From Dipteris shenzhenensis (lineage: Eukaryota): a stretch of DNA of 64,000 nucleotides. The notes beneath the pieces were generated by a model that searched no databases, was not told the DNA's origin, and worked only from the letters and a program-made list of their open reading frames with translations. The stretch is taken from assembly GCA_047967505.1 (NCBI GenBank), contig CM106538.1. The stretch is one strand, 5' to 3'. Position numbers and translations under genes: made by a program. Below are positions 36,401 through 48,611 of this stretch, in pieces; positions within the stretch are counted from its first letter, which is position 1, and every line of letters starts with the position of its first letter.

Positions 36401-39400
36401 TATGGAATTGTTTCAATCTCTTATTAGGCCCTGGAATGTCAATCTATAGGTTTAGTTTGTCTAGACTACCACTAGTGGGGAATGGCAGTGATGCGAATCT
36501 CATGCTGGCAACTATATAATGACATTGAGATCATCAAACTCACATTTGGATTTGAATCGGACACCACTCTCCTATGATCACTGCAATACCATTCCTAGAA
36601 TATAGGGTAAGCATTTGGACAAGTGGAGAATGGCAGTGGTGCCAATCTCATAATAGGCCCTAGAAAATGGCATTGAGAAGCCTAAACTCACATGTGCATT
36701 CTTCTATGTAGTGATCACTGTCTCCATTGTGTAGAGATCATATGGAATTGTGTCAATCTCTGTGGAGAATGCCACTAGTAGAGAATGGCAGTGGTGCTAA
36801 TCTCATACCATGACCTGAAAACATGCACAAGGAATCCTAAACTCACATGTGCATTGGCACTTTTGCCATTATCCTACTGTAACCAATAAAATTAGTGGAA
36901 TGTCAATCTATAGGTTTAGTTTGTCTAGATTACCACTAGCAGAGAATGGTCGTGATGCAATCTCATGCTTGACCTAAGAAATGGCATTGAGAATCCTAAA
37001 CTCACATGTGCATTCTTCTATGTAGGGATCATTGTCTCCGCTATGTAGAGATCGTATGGAATTGTGTCAATCTCTCTATTAGGCCCTGGAATGTCAATCT
37101 ATAGGTTTAGTTTGTCGAGACTACCGCTAGTGGGGAATGGCACTAATGCCAATCTCATGATGGCAACTATATAATGACATTGAGATCATCAAACTCACAT
37201 TTGGATTGGAATCAGACACCACTCTCCTATGATCACTAGAATACCCCTCCTAGAATAGTAGGGTAAACATTTGTACAAGTGGAGAATGGCAGTAGTGCCA
37301 ATCTCTTATTAGGCCCTAATAAATGGCATTGAGAAACCTAAACTCACATGTGCATTCTTCTATGTAGTGATCACTGTCTCCACTGTGTAGAGATCATATG
37401 GAATTGTGTCAATCTCTGTGGAGAATGCCACCAATGGAGAATGGCAGTGGTGCCAATCTTATACCATGACTGAAAATATGCACAAGGAATCCTAAACTCA
37501 CATGTGCATTGGCACTTTTGCCATTATCCTAGTTTCATTCTCCGCTAGTGGTAATGTGCATTCTTCTATGTAGTGATCACTGTCTCCGATGTGTACAGAT
37601 CATGTGGAATTGTGTCAATCTCTGAGGAGAATGCCAACAGTGGAGAATGGATGCGGTGCCAATCTCATACCATGACCTGAAAACATGCACAAGGAATCCT
37701 AATCTCACATGTGCATTCTTCTATGTAGTGATCACTGTCTCCGCTATGTAGAGATCATATGGAATTGTGTCAATCTCTGTGTAGAATGCCACCAATGGAG
37801 AATGGTGGTGGTGCCAATCTCATACCATGAGCTGAAAACATGCACAAGGAATCCTAAACTCACATGTGCATTCTTCTATGTAGTGATCAGTGTCTCCGAT
37901 GTGTAGAGATCATATGGAATTGTGTCAATCTCTGAGATCATCAAACTCACATGTGGAATGGAATAGGACACCACTCTCCTATGATCACTGGAACCCCATT
38001 AGAATAGTAGGGTAAACATTTGTACAAGTGGAGAATGGCAGTGGTGCCAATCTCTTATTAGGCCCTAAGAAATGGCATTGAGAACCCTAAACTCACATGT
38101 GCAGAGATCATATGGATTTGTGTCAATCTCTGTGGAGGAGAATGGCAGTGGTGCCAATCTCATATCATGACCTGAAAACATGCATAAAGAATCCTAAACT
38201 CAAATGTGTATTCTTCTATGTAGTGATCAGTCTCTCTGCTGTGTAGAGATCATATGGAATTGTGTCAATCTCTGTGTAGAATGCCACTAGTGGAGAATGG
38301 TAGTGGTGCCAATCTCATACCATGACCTGAAAACATGCACAAGGAATCCTAAACTCACATGTGCATTCTTCTATGTAGTGATCACTGTCTCCGTTGTGTA
38401 GAGATCATATGGAATTGTGTCAATCTCTGAGATCATCAAACTCACATGTGGAATGGAATAGGACACCACTCTCCTATGATCACTGGAACCCCTCCTAGAA
38501 TAGTAGGGTAAACATTTGTACAAGTAGAGAATGGCAGTGGTGCAAATCTCTTATTAGGCCCTAAGAAATGGCATTGAGAACCCTAAACTCACATGTGCAG
38601 AGATCATATGGATTTGTGTCAATCTCTATGGAGGAGAATGGCGGTGGTGCCAATCTCATACCATGACCTGAAAACATACACAAGGAATCCTAAACTCAAA
38701 TGTGCATTCTTCTATGTAGTCATCACTATCTCCACTATGTAGAGATCATACGGAATTGTGTCAATCTCTCTGGAGAATGCCACCAGTGGAGAATGGCAGT
38801 GGTGCCAATCTCATACCATGACCTAAAAACATGCACAAGGAATCCTAAACTCACATTTGCATTGGCACTTTTTCCATTATCCTACTGCAGCCAATAAAAT
38901 TAGTGGAATGTCAATCTATAGGTTTAGTTTGTCTAGATTACCACTAGCAGAGAATGGCAGTGATGCCAATCTCATGCTGGCCCTAATAAATGGCATTTGA
39001 GAAGCCTAAACTCACATATGCATTCTTCTATGTAGTGATCACTGTCTCCGTTGTGTAGATATCATATGGAATTTTGTCAATCTCTGTGGATAATGGCAGT
39101 GGTGCCAATCTCATACCATGACCTGAAAACATGCACAAGGAATTCTAAACTCACATGTGCATTGGCACTTTTGCTATTATCGTACTGCAGCCAATAAAAT
39201 TAGTGGAATGTCTAGACTACCACTAGTGGAGAATGGCAGTGATGCCAATCTCATGCTGGAACCTACATAATCTTCCTGAGATCATCAAACTCACAAGTGG
39301 ATTGGAATTGGACACCACTCTCCTAGAATACCCGAGGGTAAACATTTGTACAAGTAGAGAATGGCAGTGGTGCTAGTCTCTTATTAGGCCCTAGAAAATG

Positions 39401-39435
39401 GCATTGAGAAGCCTAAACTCACATGTGCATTCTTA
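27463..39435 (+). repeat. ~12 kb complex satellite of three ~150-160 bp monomers in shuffled order (starts ~14850, before the nested LTR element)
   Basis: Each monomer ends in AAACTCACATGTG and contains GGAGAATGGCAGT(G/A)(G/A)TGCCAATCTC. Exact 155 bp spacing at 35149/35304/35459/35614. Confidence 0.95.
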
Positions 39436-39938
39436 TTAGCATCAGTGCCCTTCTCTAGAAGGTCAGGTGAGAAAACTCTCATGTGATAACCTTCATATAA
39501 GGAGAATGGCACTGGTGCCATTCTCTGATTCTCTACAATCCATGTGATGAATCGAACTTCTACCATTCTCCTTAACATCATGGAGGATGGCACCAATGGC
39601 ATTATCCTCAAACTCTCATGGAGGATGGCACTTGTGCCATTCTAAACAAACTCACAATCCATGTGTTCAATGGCATTTGTGACACTCTTCTAACATCATA
39701 TTATGTTGGAGAATGGCACGAATACCATTCTTTATTATAACCATCTTAACTTTGGTATTGTATATATTTTCTTACTGTGTTGGTGTAGTTTTTCATAATG
39801 CATATATAAGTTGCTTCGCCTTGGTTATTTTGTTAATGGAAGTTGCATTGTGGTTGTAATATTTCCTACTACAGTTATGATTTTCTATTATACATTTCAT
39901 TGTGTCCTTAGTTCTTTTGTTAACAGAACATTGCAAGA

Positions 39939-42916
39939 ATGGCTAGCAAGGGAAAGAGAAAGGTTCGAGAGGTGTCAGTTTATGATGGAGTTAGCTCTGG
40001 AAGAGGATGGTTTTTGGATATATACAATAACGAGCTCCAAAAACTCCATAAAGTGCATTGTTTTGTGAACATCCAAGGAACAACTTTTGAAGATGTTGGA
40101 CAAGTTAAAGAGATGGAGGATACCGAGAAAGACAACGTTCCTTGTCTCAAAATTCATACATTGGGAGGCAATGTGTATCAATTGGATCCTGCTTGTTTTG
40201 ATCATGCGAGGATGAATGCTAATGGGGAGGACACGATGATATCTAGGGGTTGGATTAATGAGCCAGAAAATTATACCAACCAACAGATATTAGAAAGCTT
40301 TGATTTGGTAACAAAAGGGATAAAGCAAGATATAAAAAAGAGTAGAAAAGTTTCGAAAGAACCAAGAAAAGTGATGTTGAGGGATCAAGCTCTCAAGTGT
40401 CTCAAAACACATTGAAAGAGAAGGCTAGAGAGACCGGTGAGGAGGAAACAATAGGTAAGAAGGAAATAAGGTCAGATGGAAAAACAAGCATTGGGGATAA
40501 ACTGGAGGCTAAAGACAAAGAGACAACTTTAGGAGGAAAATAGGGAGGTATGGGAATAGTCACTGATGGAACTGGAAGTGGAGGTGATGCAACGGGGAGT
40601 AGTGAGACACATGTAACAGGACAAATCATCTGAAGCAACTATCATCCTGTATAAGAAAATCCAGCCAGATGTTGACTTTAAGGCACTACAAAAGAAATTG
40701 GAAAGGAAGGACACAAGTATGACAGGCTTGATGGAGTACATAGAGTACTTCCCATTTGGTTTGGAGTTTGAGGTGTTGATTCCAGTGATGAACTGCTTTA
40801 GAGCACCAAGCCAATATGTGTACAGGACATTGACCCTCAGCTATGTCAGTGACTTGGTCAAGAGTTTTGCAATGAATGCACGACCTCCTGCAACATGTGC
40901 ATATCTTATGCCTTACCACACAGGCACAAATACTCCGATGTGCAAGGAAGAGATAAAGGTGGAAAATTTAAAGGAGTATAATTATTGGATTCTCGTAGGG
41001 CAACATTCGATTTATGCTGCAAGGATGTTTATAACTAAAGCACATGGAGAAGCCTTCAATCAACAAAAAGGTTTCTATACACGGAGGAAGGCAAGAATTA
41101 TTGTGTCAATGCACCAGTTGAAGCAAGTTGTAACATATCATCAATGGCCAACATGGAGGCACAGACCGTTTTGAAAAATCAACCATATATCGATATCTTA
41201 CAACACCTAAGGGCACAGTGGATTGCATTCGGATGACCAAAGAAACTAGCCCAAGGCCTTGTCAAAGGGCATAAAGATCGACAAAGTTGGGATGTGAGTA
41301 ATAAACTTTGTTTTGTATGCATTTTTATTTCAAGAATGTTTATGGCTTTGTAAAAGAAATGATAGTAGTGTCAATTCCCTGATGTGAGAATGGCACTAGT
41401 GCCATTCTTCTAGTTACCAAGTCATGCTTTTGACATGGTAATGGGAGAATCGCACTAGTGACATTATTATCTCTATTACATGATTTGGATTAGAAGAATG
41501 TCTAAGATGATTTTGATTTTTTTATATAGAATTCTATAGGAGTTGCAAGCGTATCGATGGGCGCAAAATTTGCTACCAAGGACACACACATGGTTACATA
41601 TGATGATGACATCTACGAACAATGGATTAGGATTTTGACATTGGTGAAGCAGGGTGATCTTGAGGGTCAAAATCCCACAATAACATATATGAGGTGTCTG
41701 CTAGGATTGGAAGACGAAGATGTATGTGCACTTCAAGCAGAGATTGAGTCTAAAGAAATAGTCTTAGTCAAGTCAAGCAAAGACAAGGACTCCATTGAAA
41801 TGTCTCAACGGGCAATGGAGATTAAGCATGATAGAGCCCTGAAAGAAGCGCTCATCAAGGAGTTCAACTCACGTCACCATTTGCCCCAACATCAAACATG
41901 GGATGCCCTTGCAACTTACTTTAAAATTGATCCAATTGTTTATCAGAGCTTCAAGGGTTCATGTGAGTCATGGGTCAAAGAGAAGCTACAAGTTGGCAAG
42001 TCCACACCTGATTTCCCAGAAGCCGCGTCAATCTATGTTGATTGGGTGATTAGTTCAATAGAGGGTAACAAGTCTACATCACAGTCTTGTTTTCCTTGGA
42101 CAATTATTCAAGTGAACATGGAGATGGAGAGGGAGAGCTTTCTAACATGTCACTCCAAGGCTTGACACCTCAGAGGGATCTGCCAAAGGCATGTGTTGGG
42201 ATAAGGATGCCTTCAAGAAGTTGCTCTGTGGCTTGATGGAGACCGTTGCCACTCCGTCACAGAATGTATTGCTATCATTTATGACAATGATAGAGATGGT
42301 AAATCTCAAGGAAGCTATGATAGAGGCTCGATTTTGGCATAGAAGGTTTGTGGGTGTTATCCATGAATCGGATAGTGCACAAAAGGGTTTGTGTGAGACC
42401 TTCTGTTTTTTGTCATTTATCAGCTCACATGATGGGTTTGATGGATTTGAGCACATGTTAGAAAACACAAGGCCATACACAATAATTGAGGACAATATTC
42501 TTTATTCTGATGAGGACGATGAGTATGAAAAAGAGGCGGTTGTGAAGCATGGCATCATCAAGGAGTGCATCAGGTGCTATTGTAGTAGGGAACATGAAGT
42601 TGTTGTTGACGTCTTTACTAATGGATGTGTGGCATTACAAGCATTGTCAAGCAAAAGAAAAGTGATCTCACTAGTGAAGACATCCCAACAGGCGATAGAG
42701 GTCGAGGCTATGTGTGTGGCACATGCATCAAATAATCCCCATATTAAGATTTGGTCTAGCATTGAGAGGCCTCTTGAGACACATAGAGCTGATTCACCTA
42801 TCGATGAAGGAATTAAAGAGGGTGAGCATCACATTGAAGACTTGCGACCTTTAACTGAAGCAGATCTTAATGCTATCCCAAAGATTACATTGGAAGATTT
42901 GGAGCAAGGTCTTTAG
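39939..42916 (+). pseudogene. Cargo gene 1: ParB/Srx-like domain plus degenerate N6/N4 DNA-methylase-like C-terminus; intron ~41294-41529
   Basis: YWILVGQHSIYAA resembles the ParB GxHR motif. The GTGAGT donor and TATATAG acceptor give an in-frame WD|NSIG join. C-terminal YEKE..IKECIRCYCSREHEVVVDVFTNGCVALQALSSKRKVISL resembles beta-class MTase motif X/I. Contains stops and frameshifts. Confidence 0.55.
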
Positions 42917-43735
42917 CTACTCATTTATGCCTTGTGTATTTAGTTTCAAAATAATATGACTTTTAAGGATTTTCTCGATTGCACATACTCTCATTATATT
43001 AAAGAGATTAAACATTAGGTATGATAAAATTGTGTGACATAATGACATGGGGAATGGTACTAGTGTCATTCTCCCTATGTCGGGTTATATGTAAGAGGTA
43101 CTATTAACATTTTATGTGACCTCATATGGAAAATGGCACTAGTGCCATTCTCTCTTTGTGGTTATGTAGAAATGGTAATACTGTTATGTTCCTTTCTTGA
43201 ATCTATGTTAGTTGAAAGCATTACAGAGATTAAAAATTGTATAGTATTAACTATGCTACCAAAGTTTGGATTTGGATGCTTTCCACAAATCTATTGGACC
43301 AAAGTAATACAATATCTATGCTTTTAGATCATGCATTGTACATTTCTTTTGGGACATGGGGGGAGGCACTAGTAGTATTCTCTCCTCCCAATGAGGATAT
43401 AGAGAAAGGCACTAGTGGCATTCTCCATAACCTTATATGTAAAATGGCACTAGCACCACCCCAAGAGAAGAATGGCACTAGTGCCATTTTCTCTATGAGT
43501 TCAGAGAGAAAGGTTGCACTATTTGCACTCAATTGCCCTTTAGAGAGATTGGCACCAGTGCCATTCCCCAAAAAGATAATGGAATCAGTGAACGGCGATG
43601 AATAATGTTCGTACTTTATTTTTATTTATTAGTTTCATATGATTTTGTGCTTCGACATTGTTGAATACACTCTAAAGAATCAAAATATTTCTATATTCCT
43701 CAACTTCCACAGGGACCAATGATGTATGGAAGGAT

Positions 43736-45002
43736 ATGGAGACATCAAATGTAGAGGACAACATACCACCCAAAATGGGGACTATCAATTACGCGATGGA
43801 TACAGGAGGTATAGAAGAAAACATAACCCAAAAAATGGAGAAAATTGCAAGGAATATCATGAATCCTATACTTTTAGAAGAGAACATGGATGAACGTATT
43901 GTCTCAACATTGGGGACAAGACTAGATAATCTTATTGTTGTTGCAAACATGTATGAAAACATAGCACCTGACAATTTGGATGAGTCAGAAGCCAGCAACT
44001 TCAAGGAGAATTTGGATCTATATCCACATACAATTTCTTTGGATATGCCACGAGATTAACAATCATATTAGACTTGAATGGCCTGTTATTAAGTCGCTGC
44101 CTATTCAAGTCTCCAATACATCTGTCTATTATGCATGGCAAAAATAGTTATATGGTTGTTCTCGTCCTGGGTGCATAGAATTTCTTAACATCTTGCTACA
44201 AAGATTTAATGTAGGTATCTGGTCAACTGCGATGGAGTATAACGTACTTGATATGGTAGGAAAGCTGCAAAATTATGCAAATGAGAGCCTCCCTTTCTTT
44301 GTTATATGGTCTCAGCAAGGATGCTACACTTACAGTAAGACGAGGATAAATAGGCCTGACAAGGTTGGTGTTGAGGCAATTTTCAAACCCTTAGCAAAAA
44401 TCTCAAAGGCATTTGGATGTGATGCTAGAAGGACAATCCTTGTTGATGACTCCCCATACAAGGCTTGCATTAGCCCTCCATCAAATTGCATATTTCCTTC
44501 AACGTTTGATGTACAAGACAAGGATGATAATATTCTACTGAGAGAGTTGATGCCGTACTTACTAGAACTCGATGAAACTAAAGATGTGCGAAGCATGATT
44601 GAGACAAATCGGTATGGACAATTACCTGTGATGGAGGGGCATAAGGATTTCAACCTTGTCCAGAAAGTAATTGATGAATGGAGGGAGGAAAATCATGCAT
44701 GGTCAAGAATGGGATATAAAACAAGAAATCTTCCTCTTGCAAATCAACTAAGAGAGAGGGATGTAGGTGGTAATACAGAACCAAAGGGTGTACACCCTAG
44801 GGCAACCCATGGTGGTGATGGCCAGGTGCCTAAACTCAATGCATCCCAAATAAGACTTTTAAGGAATGCTCCGCAACTCTCTAGCATGAATGCTATGCAA
44901 GTTTCTCAATTGGCTATAGACCTAGGGTACAAAGGTCGCTATATCAAGAAATACATTGCTAAGGGCTACATAAACCAACTACAGAATGCGTATTTTTCAT
45001 GA
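43736..45002 (+). pseudogene. Cargo gene 2: FCP1-homology (NIF/HAD) phosphatase domain protein, frameshifted
   Basis: LTIILDLNGLL (DLNG at 44071-44082), RPGCIEFL, FNVGIWSTA, IFKPL, RTILVDDSPYK...NCIFP. Confidence 0.85.
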
Positions 45003-45093
45003 AGGTACATATGTCAAAGTGTTTTTTAATTTTATCTCAAGTCTATATAACTGTTGTTGCAACTAATTGAATTTGTCTTTTGTGATGTAGATA

Positions 45094-45617
45094 GATATAC
45101 GTTCAAATCAAGCTTGAATAGGTACATACCAGAACGAGATCCATTTGGACCACCAAAGTTACCTGTCCCTATCAACGAAGTGTTCTGGATAAAAAATGTG
45201 GCTTTCGAGGTGCATGAGTCAACCATTACAGGTGCTAGCTTGGGCTTGTTTGTGCATGGCTCCATCAAGAGAGGGACTACTATTCTCCATTATGGAGGTG
45301 ACAAGTACTCCTACAGAGACTGGAAGGAATTATGTAGAGTTCATCCAAGGCTAAAGAAGTACTCTATCCAAGAGGACCCTACTATCCCTATGAAGGATAT
45401 GGTGCATATTGTTGGTGATGTTCAATATGGCAAGATTTATTAACAGCAATAGAAATACCAATGTAAAGCCAAATGTTTGTTATGTATTTTCTCCTAATGT
45501 TCCACCTTGGTATGACCCATGATGAACATAGATATTGCAGAATATTGTCACATTTGTATTGAATCCATAGATGATATACATACAGGAGAGGAGCTATTTG
45601 CAAACTATGAGTTTTGA
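45094..45617 (+). pseudogene. Cargo gene 3: minimal SET domain, frameshifted
   Basis: EVHESTITGASLGLFVHGSIKRGTTILHYGG, then in shifted frames RFINS...KPNV and ICIESIDDIHTGEELFANYEF*. Confidence 0.85.
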
Positions 45618-46535
45618 ATAACAACATTGTATTTCTTTATATAATCATTACTTATGGGAATTACTACTTTCTTGCCAACTATGTAAATTGGTGCGTAATT
45701 GTTGTGTGTGAATAATATGCAAACATGTTCATAACTACATTCATAATGTATTTTGAAGGAGTGTCTCTCATGCCATTCTTTCCGGTGCCATTCTCTTTCG
45801 GGCTAGAAATTGAGAGTTTCTTTGGAATCATGATTTATTTCAGGGATTTCAATGGTGCATCAACAAGTTGTTATGTTTTCATCCTAAAGTGTACTTTTTT
45901 ACTTTGCGATGAGTAATCAACATGACATGTAAAGTTATCCTTTTACAATAATGCTAGTCAGTCTAAACATTGAAAGTGCACAATAAATGATTGTCATTGC
46001 CACCTAAATTACATCAAATGCTTGTCATTGCCCATTGATTTTCCATCAACTACATATCTTGCATTCATTCTCCTCAACTATATATCTTGATTTTCCATCA
46101 ACTACATATCTTACTAAGTTAAAGAACCTGTGCGTTTTCATTGCAATACTCATGGTTATTAATTACACTCTACATTTTTTAAACGGTGTTTTGGAGATTT
46201 TCAAAGGAGAATGCTCACAACAAAAGCGAGTCTCAAAATCAATGGAAATTCCAGAGACTCGCTATTATGAAGGTGTTTTTGAACATCACTATGGCTCACG
46301 AGATGAATCTAACTCAAATGGGTTTTAAAGTTTATTATTTTATTGATGATAACATAGTTTAGACACTGATATTCTATTTATTATTTGAGAATGTAGTTGA
46401 TGTTTCACACTTCATGAATGGCTATCTAGTCTATTTTCACATATTTCTCCTGTTTTTTCATTGAGGGGAGCTACAATTTCTTCCAAAACTGCCATTCTAG
46501 GAATTGTGTTTTTCCCAAATTATCTAATATAGTCT

Positions 46536-48611
46536 TCTTGAAAGAAAATCAATTGTACATAAATTCTGAAAAGAGTAGTTTCTTTCAAGATAAGATAGAG
46601 TATTTGGATCACATTGTATTTGTCGATGGGATTCGAGCAGATCCAAAGAAGATTGAGTGCATAATCACATGGCCTAAACCTCGAGATATACATGAATTAA
46701 GATCATTCTTGGGATTGTGTAGCTTTTATAGAGAGTTCGTCAAGAATTTCGCATACATTGCACACCCATTGACAGACCTTCTTAGAAAAGCTAAGCATTT
46801 CTTCTGAGCATCAAGATAAATCTTTTACAGCTTTGAAGGAAGCTCTCACACAAGCTCCTGTGTTGCAACTACCTGATTTCTCTAGACCATTCTTTGTAGT
46901 TGTAACCGATGCTAGTGGATATGGAATTGGAGCCGTACTTATGCAAGATGGACATCCAATAGCATATGAGAGCCGAAAATTAAAACCAGCAAAATGCAAT
47001 TATAGTACATATGATAAAGAATTAACCACTGTTGTGCATGCTTTACGAATGTGGAAACATTATTTGATGGGAGCTGAGTATCTTATCAAAACCGATCAGC
47101 AAAGTATCAAGCATTTGTTGACTTAGCCACTAATATTTGATAGACACATCAAGTGGCATCATTTATATAGAGTTTTCAGCCCATGATTCAGTATCAACCT
47201 GGAAAAGAGAATGTAGTTATTGATGCTCTTAACAGAAAGCCAAGTATTAATCACATCACTGCTATAGAGACCCAGCCTTTTGAAGATATGAAGAATTCTT
47301 ATCAAGGGGATCTAGACTTTTCTAATATATGGAACAAATTAGAGAATAACAATTGGAATCCTATGTTGGACTATTCATGCAATGATGGATACCTCTTTTA
47401 TCAAAAGACATTATGCATCACTCGACCCTTTAGACAAATTGTAATGGAGGAAATGCACCAACCACCATATATGGGACATAGGGGAGTGACTGCCACTTTA
47501 CAAGTGATAGCAAGAGAATTTCATTGGCCTACTATAAGAAAAGATGTGGCTAAGTTTGTAGCCAAATGCATCACTTGTCAGAAGATCAAGAGTTACAAAG
47601 GAAAGACCCCAGGATTGTTAATGCCTTTGCCTATTCCTACGCAACCTTGGGAACAAATATCTATGGATTTCATAACAACTTTTCCTACTATAGCGAATCA
47701 AAACGATATGATTTGGACGATAATAGATTGCTTTAGTAAGCAAGCTTATTTCATCCCATGCAAGAAGACTTTAACAGCTCAGCAAGCTGCACATTTATTC
47801 ATCAAGCATATCTTTGCTCATCATGGCTTGCCAAATATTATAGTGTCTGATCGAGATTCTAAGTTTTGCAGTAATTTCTAGACTGCATTATTTCATAATC
47901 TAGGCACTAAGTTAGATTTCTCATCAACTTTTCATCCAAAATCGAATGGACAAACTGAGGTTATAAACAGTACTATTCTGGATATGATAAAAGCTTATGC
48001 GGGAAGTCAACCAAAGACTTGGGACAAATACATTCATCTCTTATAGTTTGCTTATAATAATACTCCTCATTCTGCAACTGGAAGAGCACCCTTTGAAATT
48101 ATCTATGGGAAGGTTTTACCTATTCCTATCACACGATTAACCCATAGAGTGGAAGCAGCAGATGCATTTACCCATGACTATCAAAATATTCTCAAAGAGA
48201 TTCGAGAAGCCATTGCAATCGCTCAAGAGAAGTACACAAAACAAGCTAAAAAGAAACGGAAACACATGCTTTTTAAAAAAGTCGATCATGTACTTCTTCA
48301 GATTGAGAAAAGAAGGTTGAAGAGTGTTGAGAAATGGCCAGTAATCAAGATGTCCCCACGTTTTTATGGACCATTCAAGGTGATTCAGAAAATCAATGAT
48401 CTAGCTTATAGGCTTGAAGGACCTGATAACTGGAAAATACATAATGCTTTCTATATCAGCCTCTTACAGCCCTTCAAAGGACCTTTACCTATTCATCTTG
48501 TCTATGAAGAGGCTCCATTGATTGTTGATAAAGAAGAAATTCTAGAGCCTGAATGCATTATTGATCATCAACAAACCTCAACCCGAAAAGGAAATGTCTA
48601 TATTAAATATT
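46536..48611 (+). pseudogene. Continuation of Gypsy pol: RT end, RNase H, integrase, GPF motif, start of chromodomain
   Basis: KENQLYINSEK, LRSFLGL, TDASGYGIGAVL, H..GH..CITC, ISMDFI, SDRD, PRFYGPF, EPECIIDHQ..RKGN..KYL. Confidence 0.93.

Larger units (their letters stand above)
4025..46535. mobile_element. Giant (~42.5 kb including nested elements) cargo-carrying DNA transposon with DUF7869/Sola-like transposase
   Basis: TCTTGAA at 4018-4024 and 46536-46542. Removing the insert restores the RT frame (FSLL-KENQLYINSEK). Imperfect inverted repeat TATTAGATAAagTGGGAcAAA (4030-4050) vs 46509-46529. Transposase near the left end and a shared palindrome across the length. Confidence 0.88.

Noticed and set aside
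27529-38897. Repeated ~65 aa Cys-rich ORFs (MCILLCSDH...)
   Set aside because: By-products of the 155 bp monomer. The period is not a multiple of 3 and stops are frequent.
27463-39435. CRISPR-like array (constant palindromic repeats with intervening sequence)
   Set aside because: The intervening sequences are a few recurring monomers, not unique spacers. There are no cas genes and the context is eukaryotic.
4025-46535. CACTA, Mutator, hAT or tyrosine-recombinase element
   Set aside because: No CACTA ends, no long TIRs, no 8-9 bp TSD, and no YR or hAT motifs. The transposase motifs are of the DNC..ENKN / GHTH.DID type.
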